64,000 nucleotides of DNA from Eledone cirrhosa (lineage: Eukaryota). Numbering within the stretch: the first letter of the stretch is position 1; the number at the start of each line of letters is the position of its first letter. A program made the translations under genes and the position numbers. The DNA is taken from assembly GCA_964016885.1 (NCBI GenBank), contig OZ024741.1:171244001-171308000 (forward strand). Reading direction: 5' to 3'. Positions 42,986-59,132 of the stretch are shown here, in pieces. The notes under the pieces were generated by a model, which saw nothing but the letters and a program-made list of their open reading frames with translations, was not told the DNA's origin and searched no databases.

Positions 42986-45900
42986 TTTAAAAGAAAGAGA
43001 GAGATATGTGTGTGTGTGTGCGTGTGAGTGCGTGTGAGTGAGTGTGTGTGCATGTGTGCGCGTGTGTATTATAAGCGTGTTTGTATGTGCGCGTGAGTGA
43101 TAAAACATTATAATCCTAGTACCAAAACCTGAGTACAGAACTGAGCCTTATTTTCAACGGTATCTAGTCCGATATATCAACACCCACTGCTTTAATTGTT
43201 ACATATTCTATAAATCTCATGCAAAGGTAGACACAATACGACATTGCGTGTGTAAAGAAATAACGCAATGTAATTTCATTCGACAAACAATCTATAGTGT
43301 GTATGGTGCTGGTTTTTTTATATACTGTTCTGTTGTGTTCCGTGTTTTGGGAGATTGTTCATTATTTGTACGCATTAGGATTTTTTTCTCCTTTCCGATT
43401 ATTGAGTGTGTTTAAGTATCTTTGTACGTTTGATAATCTTAAGTAAATTATTTGTTGATAAATTTCGGGATTCTATGACATTGCCTGAGAAGTTTAGTTT
43501 GACTCTGAAGAAGGCTTTTATAAATACTAAGCATTTGGCTCTGATCCATTTCTGTACAACCTTTGTTAATGTCTTTGTTTTGACTTAGTTACACATGAAG
43601 TTGACTTAGTGACTTAGTGTTGGGTTCATTTAAGTTTCCTTGCCAGATTGTAAAATACAACAGAATGTGTTGAAATAGAAAATAGACAGAAATGCAAGTG
43701 GATAGAAATAGTGAGGACACCTTTATTCCAAGAAGCGTTCTGTTAATCATTGGTCCTTGAAAACGTCTAAGAAAGAATATTCAACTTCGTCAATTTTATA
43801 TGTCAGTTATTAAAACATTTGTTCCGAATTTACATTTGATTTTAAACTCTACCTCTGATGGTAGCAGATTGATTGAAAATTAACAGCTTGTGGCAACACG
43901 TGCACTAATTTTTAAGTGGACAAGTCTCATCAACATTAATGTTTTTGGTGTCAATTAAGCTAGTATTTCTTTAGTATAAAATGTACTTCCATCATAATAC
44001 GAACCCTGTAACTACCGATTTTTAATAAGCCATTATATTGTGAAGCTACGAAAAATGATTGAACAATACATATTAGAGCATGATTCACTTGGTGACAGCT
44101 AATAGGCAGGCATTTACGAATATGCGATAATGTAGGCGTTAATCTTTAGACTTCTTCAGAGTCTTATTCCACTTCAAATGTTGAAGCCATTTATAACTCA
44201 AGTGTGTCCCACACCAAATTGAAATTAATGATAAATGTTTAGTATATCACTAATTAATACGTCTATTGGTTTATTGAAATAGATACTTCAATACCCGCAA
44301 CAACAACAAAACCTGAGACTTCATATCAAGAATAAAATAGCTTAAATTATGTTTGAGTGCAACAACCATGCATATGTATTGAATTGTATTACAGGATCTA
44401 AAAATACACAATAATTACAATATATCTTTAAAAAGATATTCTATTTCAAATCAATGTGTTTTCTGGTTCAGTGTTAAATTATTAGATACTTATTCAATCT
44501 CCAATAAGAAAGATTTGGATTTCTTTTAGGGCGGGCATTTGCCAAGTTGTTTACACAGTATTTGTCGAAATAATTAAAAATGATTGAACCGTTTGATAAT
44601 TTGAGCGAATGAAATGTTGCCTTAATCCACGACAAACGTTCATTTGTTGAAAATGTTGTGGTACATAATTTATATCACAACAAATAATTTATTTTTACTC
44701 CAATAGCTTTCAAGCACCCTACATCAGATATTGTATCACGCGATAACCACCCAGTACTGTATTTATCAAGAAAATTAGCCGTTAGAAAATAATTAGCAAT
44801 TGTATGGACCATGGACTACAGATTATGTTCGTCAATTTTTAACTTGAAGTGAAATTTTCATTCACATCTGATCATCATCTTCTTTATTTCATTTTCATTC
44901 CACGAAATAAAGTTCTAAATGTTACAACGTGTAGAATATCGACTGTGGAGAAATGTAATACGTCTGAGCATCCGTAAATTTATATAAAGATTAATTTTCC
45001 TATGTAGAACATCGCTAGTTATCTCAGATTTTACTATTTTACTAAATATGCAAATTAGTTTGTTTTATATATAGTTAATTTCTATTTGCAATGCGAATTG
45101 CTATTTATTTTAGTTTATCAGTTAACCTTTCAATATGAATTCTTCTTTTATATGGAGAAATGTTTTCATGATTTAAAATTGCTCATGCAGTGAATTGATA
45201 AGCAATAGCAGCATAATGTAATCACATGAAAACAGACGTTACAGACAGATTATTGAAAAATTACCATTTTGTGACTAACCGCGTGACATATCAAGCTGCA
45301 AGTAAATGTCAAATATGATTTTCTTTCATATTTTAATTACAGATGACGTTGTTTATTCTGTCTATAACATACATAGGATACATTGTTTTTATCAAGAATT
45401 AAGAGAAGAGAATATATAAAAGTCTCTATGCTACTTCCATACGTATGAAAATATCATATTATTATGTAACTGATTTAAAATAATTATAACACCAGCTACT
45501 TAAGTGTTTATATATCATATTATAGGCCTGAGTGGGGTAAAATCCATAATTTGTTTCAAGTAAATGTCCAATATTTACAGAGAAGATGATTTGTTTTGTT
45601 TCAAATAGTATGTAACTACAATTCTAGTAAAGTTATTTCTGTTGTAATAGTTTCGATTTCATTATCTCAAACAACATTAGAAACAAGTGAACAACGAAGC
45701 AGACACAGGTTGTTTTCATTACTCAACAAACTCAACCGATAAATTTTAATTATTCTATGCGGCCATTTTCAGCAAGAAGCGTTCCGTTCAATCAATTTCG
45801 TTTACTGGTTTTGACTCCATTCATTTTAATAGATCTTACGATCATCTATATTGCTTTATCGTTGTAAAGTGTAATTTAAATTTCACCTTAGAGCACGTTA

Positions 45901-46918
45901 GAAGTAAAGGAAATGCTCGTCAGCGCTTTGAGGAACATCCACTCTCTGAATGTCATTGCGCTTCTATTGAACTAGAAGGGGGGATTTCTAGATTTAATAA
46001 CATTGGATAATTGCAAGAAACCAGGCAAAACAATCGGGAAGCCAAAATCAAAATCATTGAATGATTGCGCTTATTTTGCCGACAAGGAAGGAAATATTGA
46101 AACATCATCTGACATATATCATCATATGACTGAAAAGCAAAGATTCTGATCGTATGGAGTGATTCAACAAAACTAGTTCTGACACAATATATAATAGTTT
46201 TCTTCTATAACAGCTTGTTTTGTAATGATGGCTTTACATAGTGAAGTGGGAAACAACATTGATTTAGTTATTGTTGGCAAATATATGAAAAAGGATCGAC
46301 TTTTTTTGTGTGTTGGTTGGGTAAATAAACGCTTCAGCGACACTGAGCAATTCCTCATATAACATCTTAGATGATATTGTATGTTATCACAGATGCACTC
46401 TAGACTGCAACTACATTTATGCAATTGTAGATAAACATGTTTAGGGAAACATATGATGTGACCAAACAACTCATTGTCCAACATATTCTTTAAGTTGATT
46501 GTACGGTTGATTGTCAGTGAAAATAATTTTTACTCAAATTAAATACTCTTCAAGGATTGGGGGGGGGGGGGGGGCGTCCTAAACAAACAGTTTTGGGTAG
46601 GGAAAGATTTAATTGCGTTTGAAAAAAAACATATGCTTATAAAAAACAGTCGGATTACTCTTCCGGCTTTACTTTTGTTGTCAGTCTCCCCTCAGACCAG
46701 CATCTCAGCGCTTTTATACCTACTGAAAAATGAGCCTGACAGTTAACATCGAGTAGACTGCAGTTATGTGTCCATGGTACACTGCACAACCTCCCTCCGG
46801 CCACTTTTTGATCATAACAGAAATAGCAAGCCACAACTTTCCATTCCAGTGAATATCATTTCCAACGACTGGACTTTGGTTGTATAGATCAAAAGCAAAA
46901 ATAAATGAATTCTGGTCC

Positions 46919-47095
46919 AGTATCGGTAGAGGGTCGGACGCCATACTTTGCAGCACAGAGTTATGTACCTTTACGAACTGAGTTCAAATCCCGCCGAGGT
47001 TAACTTTGCCTTTCATCCGTATGAGGTCGATAAAATAAAGTACCAGTAATCTACTGGGTAAATGCTGGCCTTATACCAAAAAGTATAAACAATTA
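46919..47095 (+). mobile_element. tRNA-derived SINE
   Basis: Same family; B box gttcaaatcc. Confidence 0.88.
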
Positions 47096-48059
47096 TATCA
47101 CTACGCGTTGGTGTTAATGATGTTACTGTTGCAGTTGTTTTTTTCGGTCCCAGATCTCTTCACGAGGACACATTATGAAATATGTTCCAGTCATGACTAT
47201 CTTGTTTTATTCCGACACAGTTTGTATAGAAACACATTATCCAGTGTATTCGCATCTTTCCTTCAACAGTGGGTGCGTTTTGAGAGAGGTTCGGCTGCTC
47301 TAGCTTGCAAATAATGTGACTATACAGATAATCCCCTATTCACACGTAACAAGTTTGGGTGTGATAGAATGTATCCATATTTTCATCTGTAATTCCATCA
47401 CGGGGAGAAGCCATGTGGAATTATGCAGTATTGCTATTGATGTGCGTATTTGTACAGCTTACTCTTTCAACTTATTCACCAACGGTTATGTCTAATCAAT
47501 TATAAACAGCCATTATTAACAGAGCAACAGTAGTAGAAAAATCCCCAAAGAAATAGTGGGAATGCGTGGGCTTCAATAATATAGATTGAGAGTGAGAGGC
47601 AAAGTTTCTCTATGCGCGTATGTATGTGCGTACGTATGTATATGTGTATGTATATGTGTATATATGTATGCGCATATATCATAGAAGTGAAGAAAAAAGA
47701 AAATGTTAGAAAGAGGAGAAACAGAACGCATGAGGAGAATTTAGATAATTGCTGTCGATAAGTATCATTTATCACTAGTTATTAACTATTTATGAGAGCG
47801 ATAACACTGATCATCAAACGTAAGTGACAACATCATCAAAAACATCGGTTTACTTTTGTTAAGTATCAACGAGATGCTGCTGTCGTTTGCTATTCTTCTA
47901 TCCATCTGAGATCCATAAATAAAATACATGTCTAATGCGGAGGCCTGGCAAAACACTTACATCGTCGGGTGGGTTGATATGTTATTTGTTCCGACTGCTT
48001 TCTGAATTCAAATTCTACAGTGGCCTAATTATATGGTAGACTTAATCCGTCAACAAGTT

Positions 48060-49020
48060 TAACACCATCATCTGACATTTCGAAGTTTATAGCGTCCACA
48101 GTGTTGCATGTACTCGGGTATTTTAACCCCGGCCTATTGCAGTATCTGGTCCTTACTCTAGATGTGTAGGAGAGGACTTTGGGCACTACACAGTGGTGTC
48201 CTGTTCAAAGGACTGTCTCAATCTCAATGCCAAAATTTAATGTTAGACTTTCCAGAAGTGTTCGTGTGTATATCACTGCGTGTCTTTCCCGTCTCCGCTT
48301 GAGAGGGAAGATCTTTAGTTCAATCAGCTTCTCCCAGTAGCTCATCTCGTTTACTGAGGCAATCTCTTTGGTGTAGCTTCGTTGGATTGCTTCCAGTTCT
48401 GCGGTTAGTTTGACACTGTGTGATCATTTGTCCAGTCAGCTGAGAACAAACGTCCTCAAGAGGTCCAATATAGTTTCACGGTTTCTTGTCATGAAAGTCA
48501 TCAAAATCCATCCAGCCAGTCGTCTGCACATTGCGGTCAATTTGTAGATATGCGTATGAAACGATGTATCATTGCTCATGTCAATAACAGGGTCCCGTAA
48601 TGATTTAGAGTCGATGATTTCAACTCCTTCTAGTCCTGTGTAGCTTTGTTGCAGTGACCTTCTTTTTGAGGGTTGATAGCGGAGGGCTTACATTTTCCGG
48701 CATTAAACTGCATATTTTTTACCTTAGTTTATTTGTATATGGCATCCAAATCTTGTTGTAAGAGAGGAGCATCAGGCGGTTCCTTGATTGTCTGTGCTAC
48801 CTTCGTGTCTTCCGCATAGCTAGTGAGGGAAACTGTCTGTACTACAGAAGGAATATCTGAAAGAGCCATCACAAACAGCAGCGATTTCAACACAATTATG
48901 TGGGGCACACTACTTGTTATTGATGTGTTGGCTCTAGCGGTCCAGCTTCTCACTTCTAACAAGTCATGAGGCCATTTACCCTATTTTCCAACTATACCCA
49001 TACTACGTAGTTTGTGATAT
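48060..49020 (-). pseudogene. Decayed CR1/L2-group LINE RT fragment
   Basis: SSVPH..VLKSLLFV..SDIP..SYAEDTK..LQQDLDAIYK resembles SGVPQGSVLGPLLF..FADDTK..LQxDL. Confidence 0.75.
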
Positions 49021-49199
49021 ATCATTCCATGGCCAACATTTTAGAAAGCCTTCACAAAGTAGAAATATGGCGGGACTCGGACCAGACCTCCCAGAATCAA
49101 ATTTCCTCCAGTAAGCAGTTCCGAAGTTTGGAATCAGTTCAAAAATGCAATCCGTCAAGTACAAATAACTGGGTAAAATGCAGTATGATAATATGATAA

Positions 49200-50060
49200 A
49201 CTGATTGAAGCTTATCTGTAAAGAACAGTGTGGCGTAAAGAAAGAAAAAACACCAAGCCATCAGCTATGAAAAATAGGTGGCCAAAGGAGGTAGAAAATT
49301 GGAGAAACAGGCAATGAAACTTGAAAAGACTGCTCTACACCGCAAAGTCTGAAGAGTAAGCTGGTTTGTTGAAGATCTGGAAAGATGTGGAAAGAAAAAG
49401 TGTCCTCAACATGGGAGAATACTTGAGAAACAAATTGCTGAAGCGAAGGAGAGAACAAGTTCAGCGGTTCTTCTAGGACGATTTTAGTTACGACAGGAAT
49501 CTCTTTGATCAGCCAAGTTCAGAAGAACTCATAATTAAGATAGGGTTTCTTTGAAGAACACTTAAAAACTTATTCAGACCCCAAGCGACATATTTCACTG
49601 GAAAACAATACAAAGTTGGTAGGCCTGACTATCCTGAGGAAGCACTGAGCATGAAGCTTTCATCGTTCTCAGAGAGCAGACGAGTTGTTAATAAAGTAAG
49701 GAACATAACTGCGTATACCCCAAACGGTATACATTGACCTTTTTTTACAAGAGGTGTCCACATCCCTCAGTTGGTTACATGCTTATCTGAAGGTGGCGTT
49801 CGAATTTACCGAATTGATCAGCAAATATGGAAAAGACCGGAATTTGTCTTGTGGACAGAATTATGCGCCAGAGTTATCCTGGTTAAGCTGACAGTCAACT
49901 ATGTAAGCCTAGAAGACGAAGAACTCGAATACAAGACGAAGTAAACAACCTCGCCAGAAAGCTGACAAGGGAGGATATCAGTGCACAATAAGGCCAGTGG
50001 AGTTGGCACACGAAGATTTGTCATAGCTTCCAACAACTAGGTTAGCTCGGACTCAAAGGT
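49200..50060 (+). pseudogene. Decayed RLE-type (HERO/NeSL/R2-like) non-LTR element fragments
   Basis: Remnants of PNG..YKRCP and RPEFVLW..VILVKLTV..PVE.G..RF restriction-like endonuclease motifs; many disablements. Confidence 0.55.
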
Positions 50061-50532
50061 AAAAAAAAAAGAACAGCATCGATGAGAAGCCTCCCAGAGT
50101 CAGTTGACAAAGACTCAATGTTGCTACAGACAACACTGGAACAAAAATAGATTACACCAAGCCGCTAAAAATAGATTGCTGTTAAAGAAAATAGATGTTT
50201 CCCATTTGGAGGGAAAAGGAGGTTTAGCAGATTGTGTGAAGATGCCGAGTGGTGTAAACCACAAATGGGAAATAAGATCACCGGAATGTTTCGAGTTCAT
50301 ATCTTGGTGGAGAAGAATAAGAATAAGAAAAAAGCAGCAGGAGGACATTTAGGAGGGCCCGTCTTCCTTAGAATGTCGGAATGAATCAAGGTCTAAAGTT
50401 CTTGTTTGATTAGAGTTGTTCCTCAGAAGATCCTCCTGCTGTTAATTCACTCCAACGCGACTTTCCACCTTCTTATATACACACACTCACTTTACATGAA
50501 TATATATATATATATATATATTTTTATATATA

Positions 50533-51028
50533 TATGCAAGTATGTATGTATACGTACATACATATATGTATACAGACGTACAGTATATATATATATATAC
50601 ATACAGGCACACATATATATATGCACGTATCAGTTTACCGAACATTTATTATAATGTTCGCTTTGTTCGTTTGTAAACAAACGAACAGCCTGATTTACGC
50701 CGTACAGTGTTTAGGTAACCACGTCACCTTTTTGTTCAACACTGACACAGGAACGATGTACTAGTTTCAAGCTTGTTAGCTATCGTCAGCACCGTATACC
50801 TTTCTGCCAGATGGTTGAACGTCCGAAAGTATATACTTTCCTTATGAAAATTAACGGCTGAGCAGCCTAATTTGCATATCGAGTGAGTTCAGTCGGCCAG
50901 GCGCACCGAAAACGATAAATGGAATAGAATGAAACGAAATTTCATTTCTCACTCTTAGTACGGCACTTACTTAAATGCAAGTATGTATGTATACGTACAT
51001 ACATATATGTATACAGACGTACAGTAGC

Positions 51029-51099
<71 letters not shown>

Positions 51100-51256
51100 C
51101 ATACGTTCCTGTGTCAGTGTTGAACAAAAAGGTGACGTGGTTACCTAAACACTGTACGACGTAAATCAGGCTGTTCGTTTGTTTACAAACGAACAAAGCG
51201 AACATTATAATAAATGTTCGGTAAACTGATACGTGCATATATATATGTGTGCCTGT

Positions 51257-51287
<31 letters not shown>

Positions 51288-51293
51288 TGCCTG

Positions 51294-51344
<51 letters not shown>

Positions 51345-51451
51345 GCTACTGTACGTCTGTATACATATATGTATGTACGTATACATACATACTTGCATTT
51401 AAGTAAGTGCCGTCTAAGAGTGAGAAATGAAAATTAATTTCATTCTATTCC

Positions 51452-51455
<4 letters not shown>
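50533..51455. mobile_element. ORF-less HHR unit (about 441-bp period, internal microsatellites) plus inverted arm
   Basis: atgcaagtatgtatg at 50534 and 50975; inverted arm ~51100-51455. Confidence 0.8.
50755..50793 (-). ncRNA. Minimal type I hammerhead
   Basis: Minus: ggtg-CTGACGA-t-agct-aaca-agct-t-GAAAC-ta-GTA-catc; palindromic stem III ACTAGT. Confidence 0.85.
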
Positions 51456-51523
<68 letters not shown>

Positions 51524-51669
51524 CAAATAGTTTATCGCTTTACGTGGCTGAATACAATAAATGTAATCTGAGTTTTTCGAATATTAATAATAATATTCGA
51601 AATCGTTTGAAATTATGCAAACGAATCGAATTTTATTATTAATATTTGAAAAACTCAAATTACATTTAT

Positions 51670-51729
<60 letters not shown>

Positions 51730-51931
51730 TTTTTTATTTGTTTGACCCGAATTACTTGGTCGATTCTATGGCTGTGCGGATAATGGTTTAACCATCGTCT
51801 CAGTGTGTCTGGCCTTTTAACGTATGTTGTAGCTCTGGTTCGTTAGAATTTATTGAGCGCTTGCCACACATCTCGGAAGTTGTTTTTCGCTAATTTCCAA
51901 AGCCGAAGTACGATTCTCGCTAATTTATATT

Positions 51932-51965
<34 letters not shown>

Positions 51966-52057
51966 ATATAATATAAATGAAAAGTATATATATAATAAAT
52001 ATACTGAAAAAGTATATATATAATATATATATATATATTATATATATACTTTTTATT

Positions 52058-52103
<46 letters not shown>

Positions 52104-52206
52104 TAGGTAGTACGGCGTTATATTTTTCATATGTAAACGAAACTTCCTCATTTTTTGTATTACATATATATATATATTTAGCCCTTGTGGCCAATAAAGA
52201 AACCAT

Positions 52207-52323
<117 letters not shown>

Positions 52324-53842
52324 AGGAGACTCAGAATGGTATATAAATAATGTCAAGTAGTAATGAACATTATGGTTGGTGGAAGTGGGTTAAAAACTAG
52401 TATTCATAGAAAAGTATATTTGTTTTCATTTTATATGATATATGATAAAACTATATTGTGATACTATTAAATTTGTATTTATTGAATTTACAAAACGGCC
52501 GAATTTTCTGTCTGAGGAGGAAATTTTACTTTGTGACTATGTCAGACATGACAGTCTATGAAAATTATTATTCATTTGTTTGTATTATTATAGAAAGAGA
52601 AAGCGTAGAAGCAGATGAAATAATGGAACAGAAGTATAAAACAGAAGGAAAGAGAGATTGATGTCGATGGAGTAGGGAAAGGTGGGAGTAATATAATAAT
52701 AATGATAATAGTAATGCTGATGGTGATAAGATGAGAAAGAGAAGGAAGATGAGACGGGGTAGGAAGAAGGAAAGTAAGAGGATGAGACGAGGAGGGGGAA
52801 GAGGGGTGGGGAGGAATAGGAGGTGGGGGGTGGAAGAGGGGAAGGAAGGGGATATGGAGGAGGTGGGGAGGAAGAGGCGTGGATGAGAAGGGGGAGGGGG
52901 AGGAGGGGGAGGGAGTGGAATCATATTAAAACACTATAAAAATAGTAGGATCAAATAAACAATATGTCATATATGTTATCAAATTTAACAGTCTAGTACT
53001 TGACTGTGGTAATGACAGAAATAGAACAGTGGTGAAACTGGTTTATATACATATACAGTGTCTATGAACTATGCAGGCAACAAACGACTAACCTGAACAC
53101 GAGTGGAGAAAGAATTGCTTACAACAAACTGAACTCCACTGTTAGTGTTAAAGCAGACGATATTTTAATCTACTAAATTACATGATCGCTGCAATGTCTG
53201 CTAAGAGTACTGCAATTATTTCTCAGATTACAGAATATGGTTCGCTTTTAGGGTACGGCCAGCCACACGAACCTGTAACAGATCCTGAACAAGCAATTCT
53301 TGTGCTTTGAAGGCTCTTTAAGTGAGGAAAGGCATTGCACTTTACTAATCCCACTCTATGAGCATCAAAAACACTACCTGAAAAGGAGAACTGCTCAACA
53401 TCATCGGATGCTTCCGAAGCCACAGGTTTTTTTTCCAGAGTTTCCCCTCTTTAGAAAGGTGTTGTGAAAACAACTGACAGCCTTTCACTCCCAGGTGAAG
53501 AAAAAGTACTATTTGGATGGCTGTTGACTCTGCTGAGTTCCTTCGCGCCTTGCCGGATCATGTATTTCATCCCGCAGGGTGTCCAAATATCACCCTACCC
53601 ACCAAGCAAGCTTGATGGGGTTGCCGGGTTAGTCGCCGACGATCTGACCATGAGACAGGTTGTACTGGGTTACACTCGAGCGCGACCTGACGAAATTGCA
53701 TATATACATACATTCCAAATATTTTCCATTTGAGTTTCCTGGAAAGAATATATGAGATGTCAACATGAATGGACCTGTTATTTTTATCTAAAGATATCTT
53801 TTCCAATCCCCCCCCCCTCAATATATTTTATTTCTCATTCTT

Positions 53843-53878
53843 TCTTCTGATGAAGGACTAGCGTCCGAAACGTTAAAA
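53843..53878 (+). ncRNA. Minimal type I hammerhead in PLE tail fragment
   Basis: tctt-CTGATGA-a-ggac-tagc-gtcc-GAAAC-GTT-aaaa; weak stem I; (TA)n follows about 30 nt later. Confidence 0.75.
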
Positions 53879-53939
53879 CTCTCTTCCTCCTATATCAAGT
53901 ATTAACCTAATATATATATATATATATATATAATATATA

Positions 53940-54980
53940 TCAGTAGTACATTGTACGCGTGCATATGACATTTGCACACACATAAACAAAAGAAATCATG
54001 AAGGCGAGCGCGCAATCATCTAACCGCACCTATCTGCTCTCCACGCGCACAAACAACCAAAACACCAAGATACTAAAGTGACATGTCCACTCATAAACGA
54101 AGTGCAAGTACATAAACTTACATAATATGTACACACTAACTTACTCGCTAATTTATAAATCATTGAAACTGTTTTGACTTAAACAAAGAAGTTATGTCCT
54201 TTTATAAGCGACAAGCTTGAAATCTAAAAAGACCTTAAATAAATCTCAAAGAACAACACATACATATCTGTTGTATTACTTGCATATATTAACGCATAGG
54301 AACTACCAAGAAAAACTAAAATTTAACGTCGTGGCAGTCAAACGAACTTGGTGGTGATTGCAAGTATCTTTAATACTAAGAATTACAGAACCGTTCACAA
54401 GGAAAGAAACCACGTTAAGACACCAAGATTATAGAGAAAAATATAGTCATCAATACTCAACATACATCAAGGATATTGCGTAAAACACCTATTCGGTGCC
54501 TATCCAGAATCTTGCCATTAGAAAAAGATGTATTTAAAAGCTCGAAAAGGTGTCAGTGTTACTGGAAGTTTCAACATAAATGGGGATGGTAGAGATATTT
54601 CACACACAACGAGAACACGTTGAATAGCTAATACGCAGTAATATCTTATGTGACCCAATACCTTTAGTAGAAAACAGAGCTCAGTAAATGTCTTATTCAG
54701 GTTTACGAACATGAAATTGATAAGGTTATTAAGAAAGTTAATGTAAATTTGAAGTGACGCGAAATACAAAATTATAATGACATCTCCACAAGGATGATTG
54801 CAAATATTTTCGGAGAACGAAAACAAATTGAGAAGGCTGTTCATTAAGTTTTACCACGAAAAGCACAAACCATAGAGAGGATAGCCACACTGGAAGCTTT
54901 TCATGGAGTACTGCCAAGTTTGAAATTTACCTCCTTGTAAACTAGAAGCAAGAAATCCCTACCAAGTGCATTCGGTACAA

Positions 54981-55011
<31 letters not shown>

Positions 55012-55215
55012 AAAAAAGGTATTAACTAATAACAAATGTAAGCTATGTAAAACCAAAGCTATAGACATTGACTAAGTCATTGCCAACTGTGAGATAACAT
55101 TCTCAAATTACTACCCTCTTATAAAACATGATTAAGCAACAAGAGCAATATGAAATAACCCCCCCCCCCCACACACACACACACACAAAGGAAGAAAATA
55201 TAAAGACACACTCGT
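53940..55215 (+). pseudogene. Possible highly decayed PLE N-terminal/RT region
   Basis: Lys/Asn-rich remnants; weak FHG..P..K and VIANCE-like motif; no intact frame. Confidence 0.3.
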
Positions 55216-55233
55216 TGAGACTAATAAATTAAA

Positions 55234-55409
55234 ATAATTGTTTCTACTTTTGGCACAAGGCCAGCAATTACCCAGTACATTACTGGTACTTTATTTTATC
55301 GACCCCGTAAGGATGAAAGGCAAAGTTAACCTCGGCGGGATTTGAACTCAGATCGTAAAGGGACGTAACTATGCTGCAAAGCATGGCGTCCGACTCTCTA
55401 CCGATACTG
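55234..55409 (-). mobile_element. tRNA-derived SINE
   Basis: Same family; attaaaataat on both flanks (putative TSD). Confidence 0.88.
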
Positions 55410-56131
55410 ATATATTAAAATAATATTGGCGAAAACTAAGAGTAAACACATCAAACAAATTAAAAACCAATTAAAGAGATTCCACGCTGTCGTTCGACTT
55501 GATAGAAATAGCTGCCAAATCTCTCTGATATTCTTAATAGAAAAAGGAGGGATATATTAAAAGGAGGGATATATAAAAAGAAGGGATATATTAAACAACG
55601 TTGTCTGTGGTATAGAAAATGATGCGATGCTTATGTCTGTAGCGCCATTTTTTATTGATCTGCTCAATCATAGATGAACTGGACTAAACTACGACAACGG
55701 ATGGGTGAAAAGAATGTTCAGGTATTGAAACGATTACCAACTTATTGTATTGGTATATATGTTTCTAGAACGTCAAATAACCGTGTTGAGCTACCTTCTT
55801 TGATTCAACTCGGTATAATTTCAATACTGTGGTCAAAATAAACGACTAAATATGTGGCCGTGTGTCTTAGTTCAAAATAGAATATTACATAGTATCACAA
55901 ATAAAGCGTTGGCTGGCAGAATCTGTCTTGTTACTAATGCAACATGTCTATCAAACCGTTGTGAGTGATATTTGATAGACGAAGAACCATGCGAAACAGA
56001 CGCATATGTATTTATATATATATGTGTGTGTGTTTGTTTGTGTGTGTGTGTCTGTGTGTCTGTGTGTATGTGTGTGCGTCTGTGTGTGCGTGTGTGTGCG
56101 TGTGTGTGTGTGTGTGTCTATGTGTGTGTGT

Positions 56132-56234
<103 letters not shown>

Positions 56235-56479
56235 GAAAAAAGAATCGCATTCCATCACAAGCCGAGGATCAAACTCTTGTTCAATTTACAATAGCTAGGA
56301 CTAGACTTAGAAAGATGGCGGTGTCCTGCAGAAGCAAGCGGTACAATTGTCGATGCATTTCGAACGGAACTGGTTCTCACCAGGAACTGAACTGGTTTCC
56401 ACGGACAAGAAAACTATATATTCTCAACTATTTTCAAATTCCAGTAGTTGCAAGAGCGGGAGGGATTATCTTGATGATT

Positions 56480-57573
56480 TAAGGAAAAGATCTACACCCA
56501 TAATGAGAGAGCAGCCATTGGCGTCAGCATAGCTGATGATGTTGCCAACCTATTTATGGTATGGTGGGAGAACTCCTTGAAGAGAGCTCCATAGACCACG
56601 CCATGTACTCTCGTTACGTAGACGATATTAATATAGTAATAAAAACACCCCCACAAGAGAGTACTAATGAACAGGATTTAGAAGATAGCACAATAGAGAG
56701 CATCCAGCAGATAGCTAACTCCATACACCAGAGTATAACTGTAACTGTTGACTACTCTTCCAAACACCTTAACAATAGACTATCAGTATTAGACACGGAA
56801 CTCTGGTTAAACACTATAGACGAGAGGGCCCAAATTCTCCACTCACACTATGCTAAACCCATGGCCTCCAAATACCTGATACTCAAAAACTTAGCAATGT
56901 CCAATAGTGCGAAGTTTAACATTCTGATCGCAGACTTGGTAAGAGTGATGAAGAATGTATGTGTCCAGCATGTGCGACCCAACTGAAATGGAAAGACACA
57001 TCCAACACTTCATCAACCGCTAGCAGATCTCTGACTACAACCAAAGAGACAGAATCAGATAAACTGTAAAAGGAGGAATGTAGTCTATAGCATAAGATGT
57101 ACAGAGGGTACTTGCAGAAACATGACAACGACATACATAGGTGAAACAACTCGAGGCATAGGAGAAAGAATAGACCAACACTGGGGGAACTAAAAGGTAA
57201 AACAAAACCGGTTCAGTACTATACGAACATGCCAGCAAAGACATAGACAACATAGAAATTAAAATAATATCTAAACATAGAAATTACTTAACAGGTAGGC
57301 TAATCAGAGAAGCAACTGAGATAGAGCTAAGGAGACCAAAGTTAAACATAAAAAAATGAATGGAATAACAACAACCATACCCAAACAAACAATACTGACT
57401 TACGGGAAATATAAATAAATAAATAAATATATACACAATAACAACAAACACATATAAACACACACTAGTAAACAAAGATAGATTACAAAAACAAAAACAC
57501 ATACACTCAAACGCCAACACACACACCAAACATTATACACACATGCAAACGCATGCCCAGACGGAGACAAGAA

Positions 57574-57608
<35 letters not shown>

Positions 57609-57876
57609 ATGAATAAAATAAAAATGGCATAGACATACAATACAACGGGAGGAAACATAATAGTATCACTGTCATGTTGCAGATGTGCAACGAAAGAACT
57701 TTGATAGACTATATATATATACTTATATCAATATTTTTAACCGTTGGTCAGTAAATGATAAACGTTGATTGCCAAATAAATTAACTATGAAGCGAAAACC
57801 AACCAAACAGTGAGTGTTCTGTTATTATTTCTGACAATATTATCATAACAATATGACCATCGCCAAGTATAACAAT
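56480..57876 (+). pseudogene. Internally deleted family A2 PLE (RT, EN remnant, pseudo-LTR)
   Basis: YSRYVDDINI..LSVLDTELW..HYAKPMASKYL; YIGETTR; degenerate HHR at 57664-57706; tail atgaccatcgccaagtataacaat. Confidence 0.88.
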
Positions 57877-58083
57877 GTATATATATATATATATATGTTA
57901 AAACAATGAAATAAAAATTCAAGTCATTAGAAATATACTTCACTGTTTCAACTTATATCATGACTCTGTTTTCCTTTTGATGTTTTATTGTTTAACGGGA
58001 TTTATTTTAACCTACAACATTTTCAACATATGGATTACATTGAGTTCATCATGCTGACTAGACCCCACAACTAACCGTCGATA

Positions 58084-58690
<607 letters not shown>

Positions 58691-58691
58691 G

Positions 58692-59132
<441 letters not shown>

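Noticed and set aside
45860-46956. Host exons (acceptor-like sites; ORFs 46173-46484 and 46720-46956)
   Set aside because: No recognisable protein similarity or consistent splice pair; one ORF starts inside a SINE.
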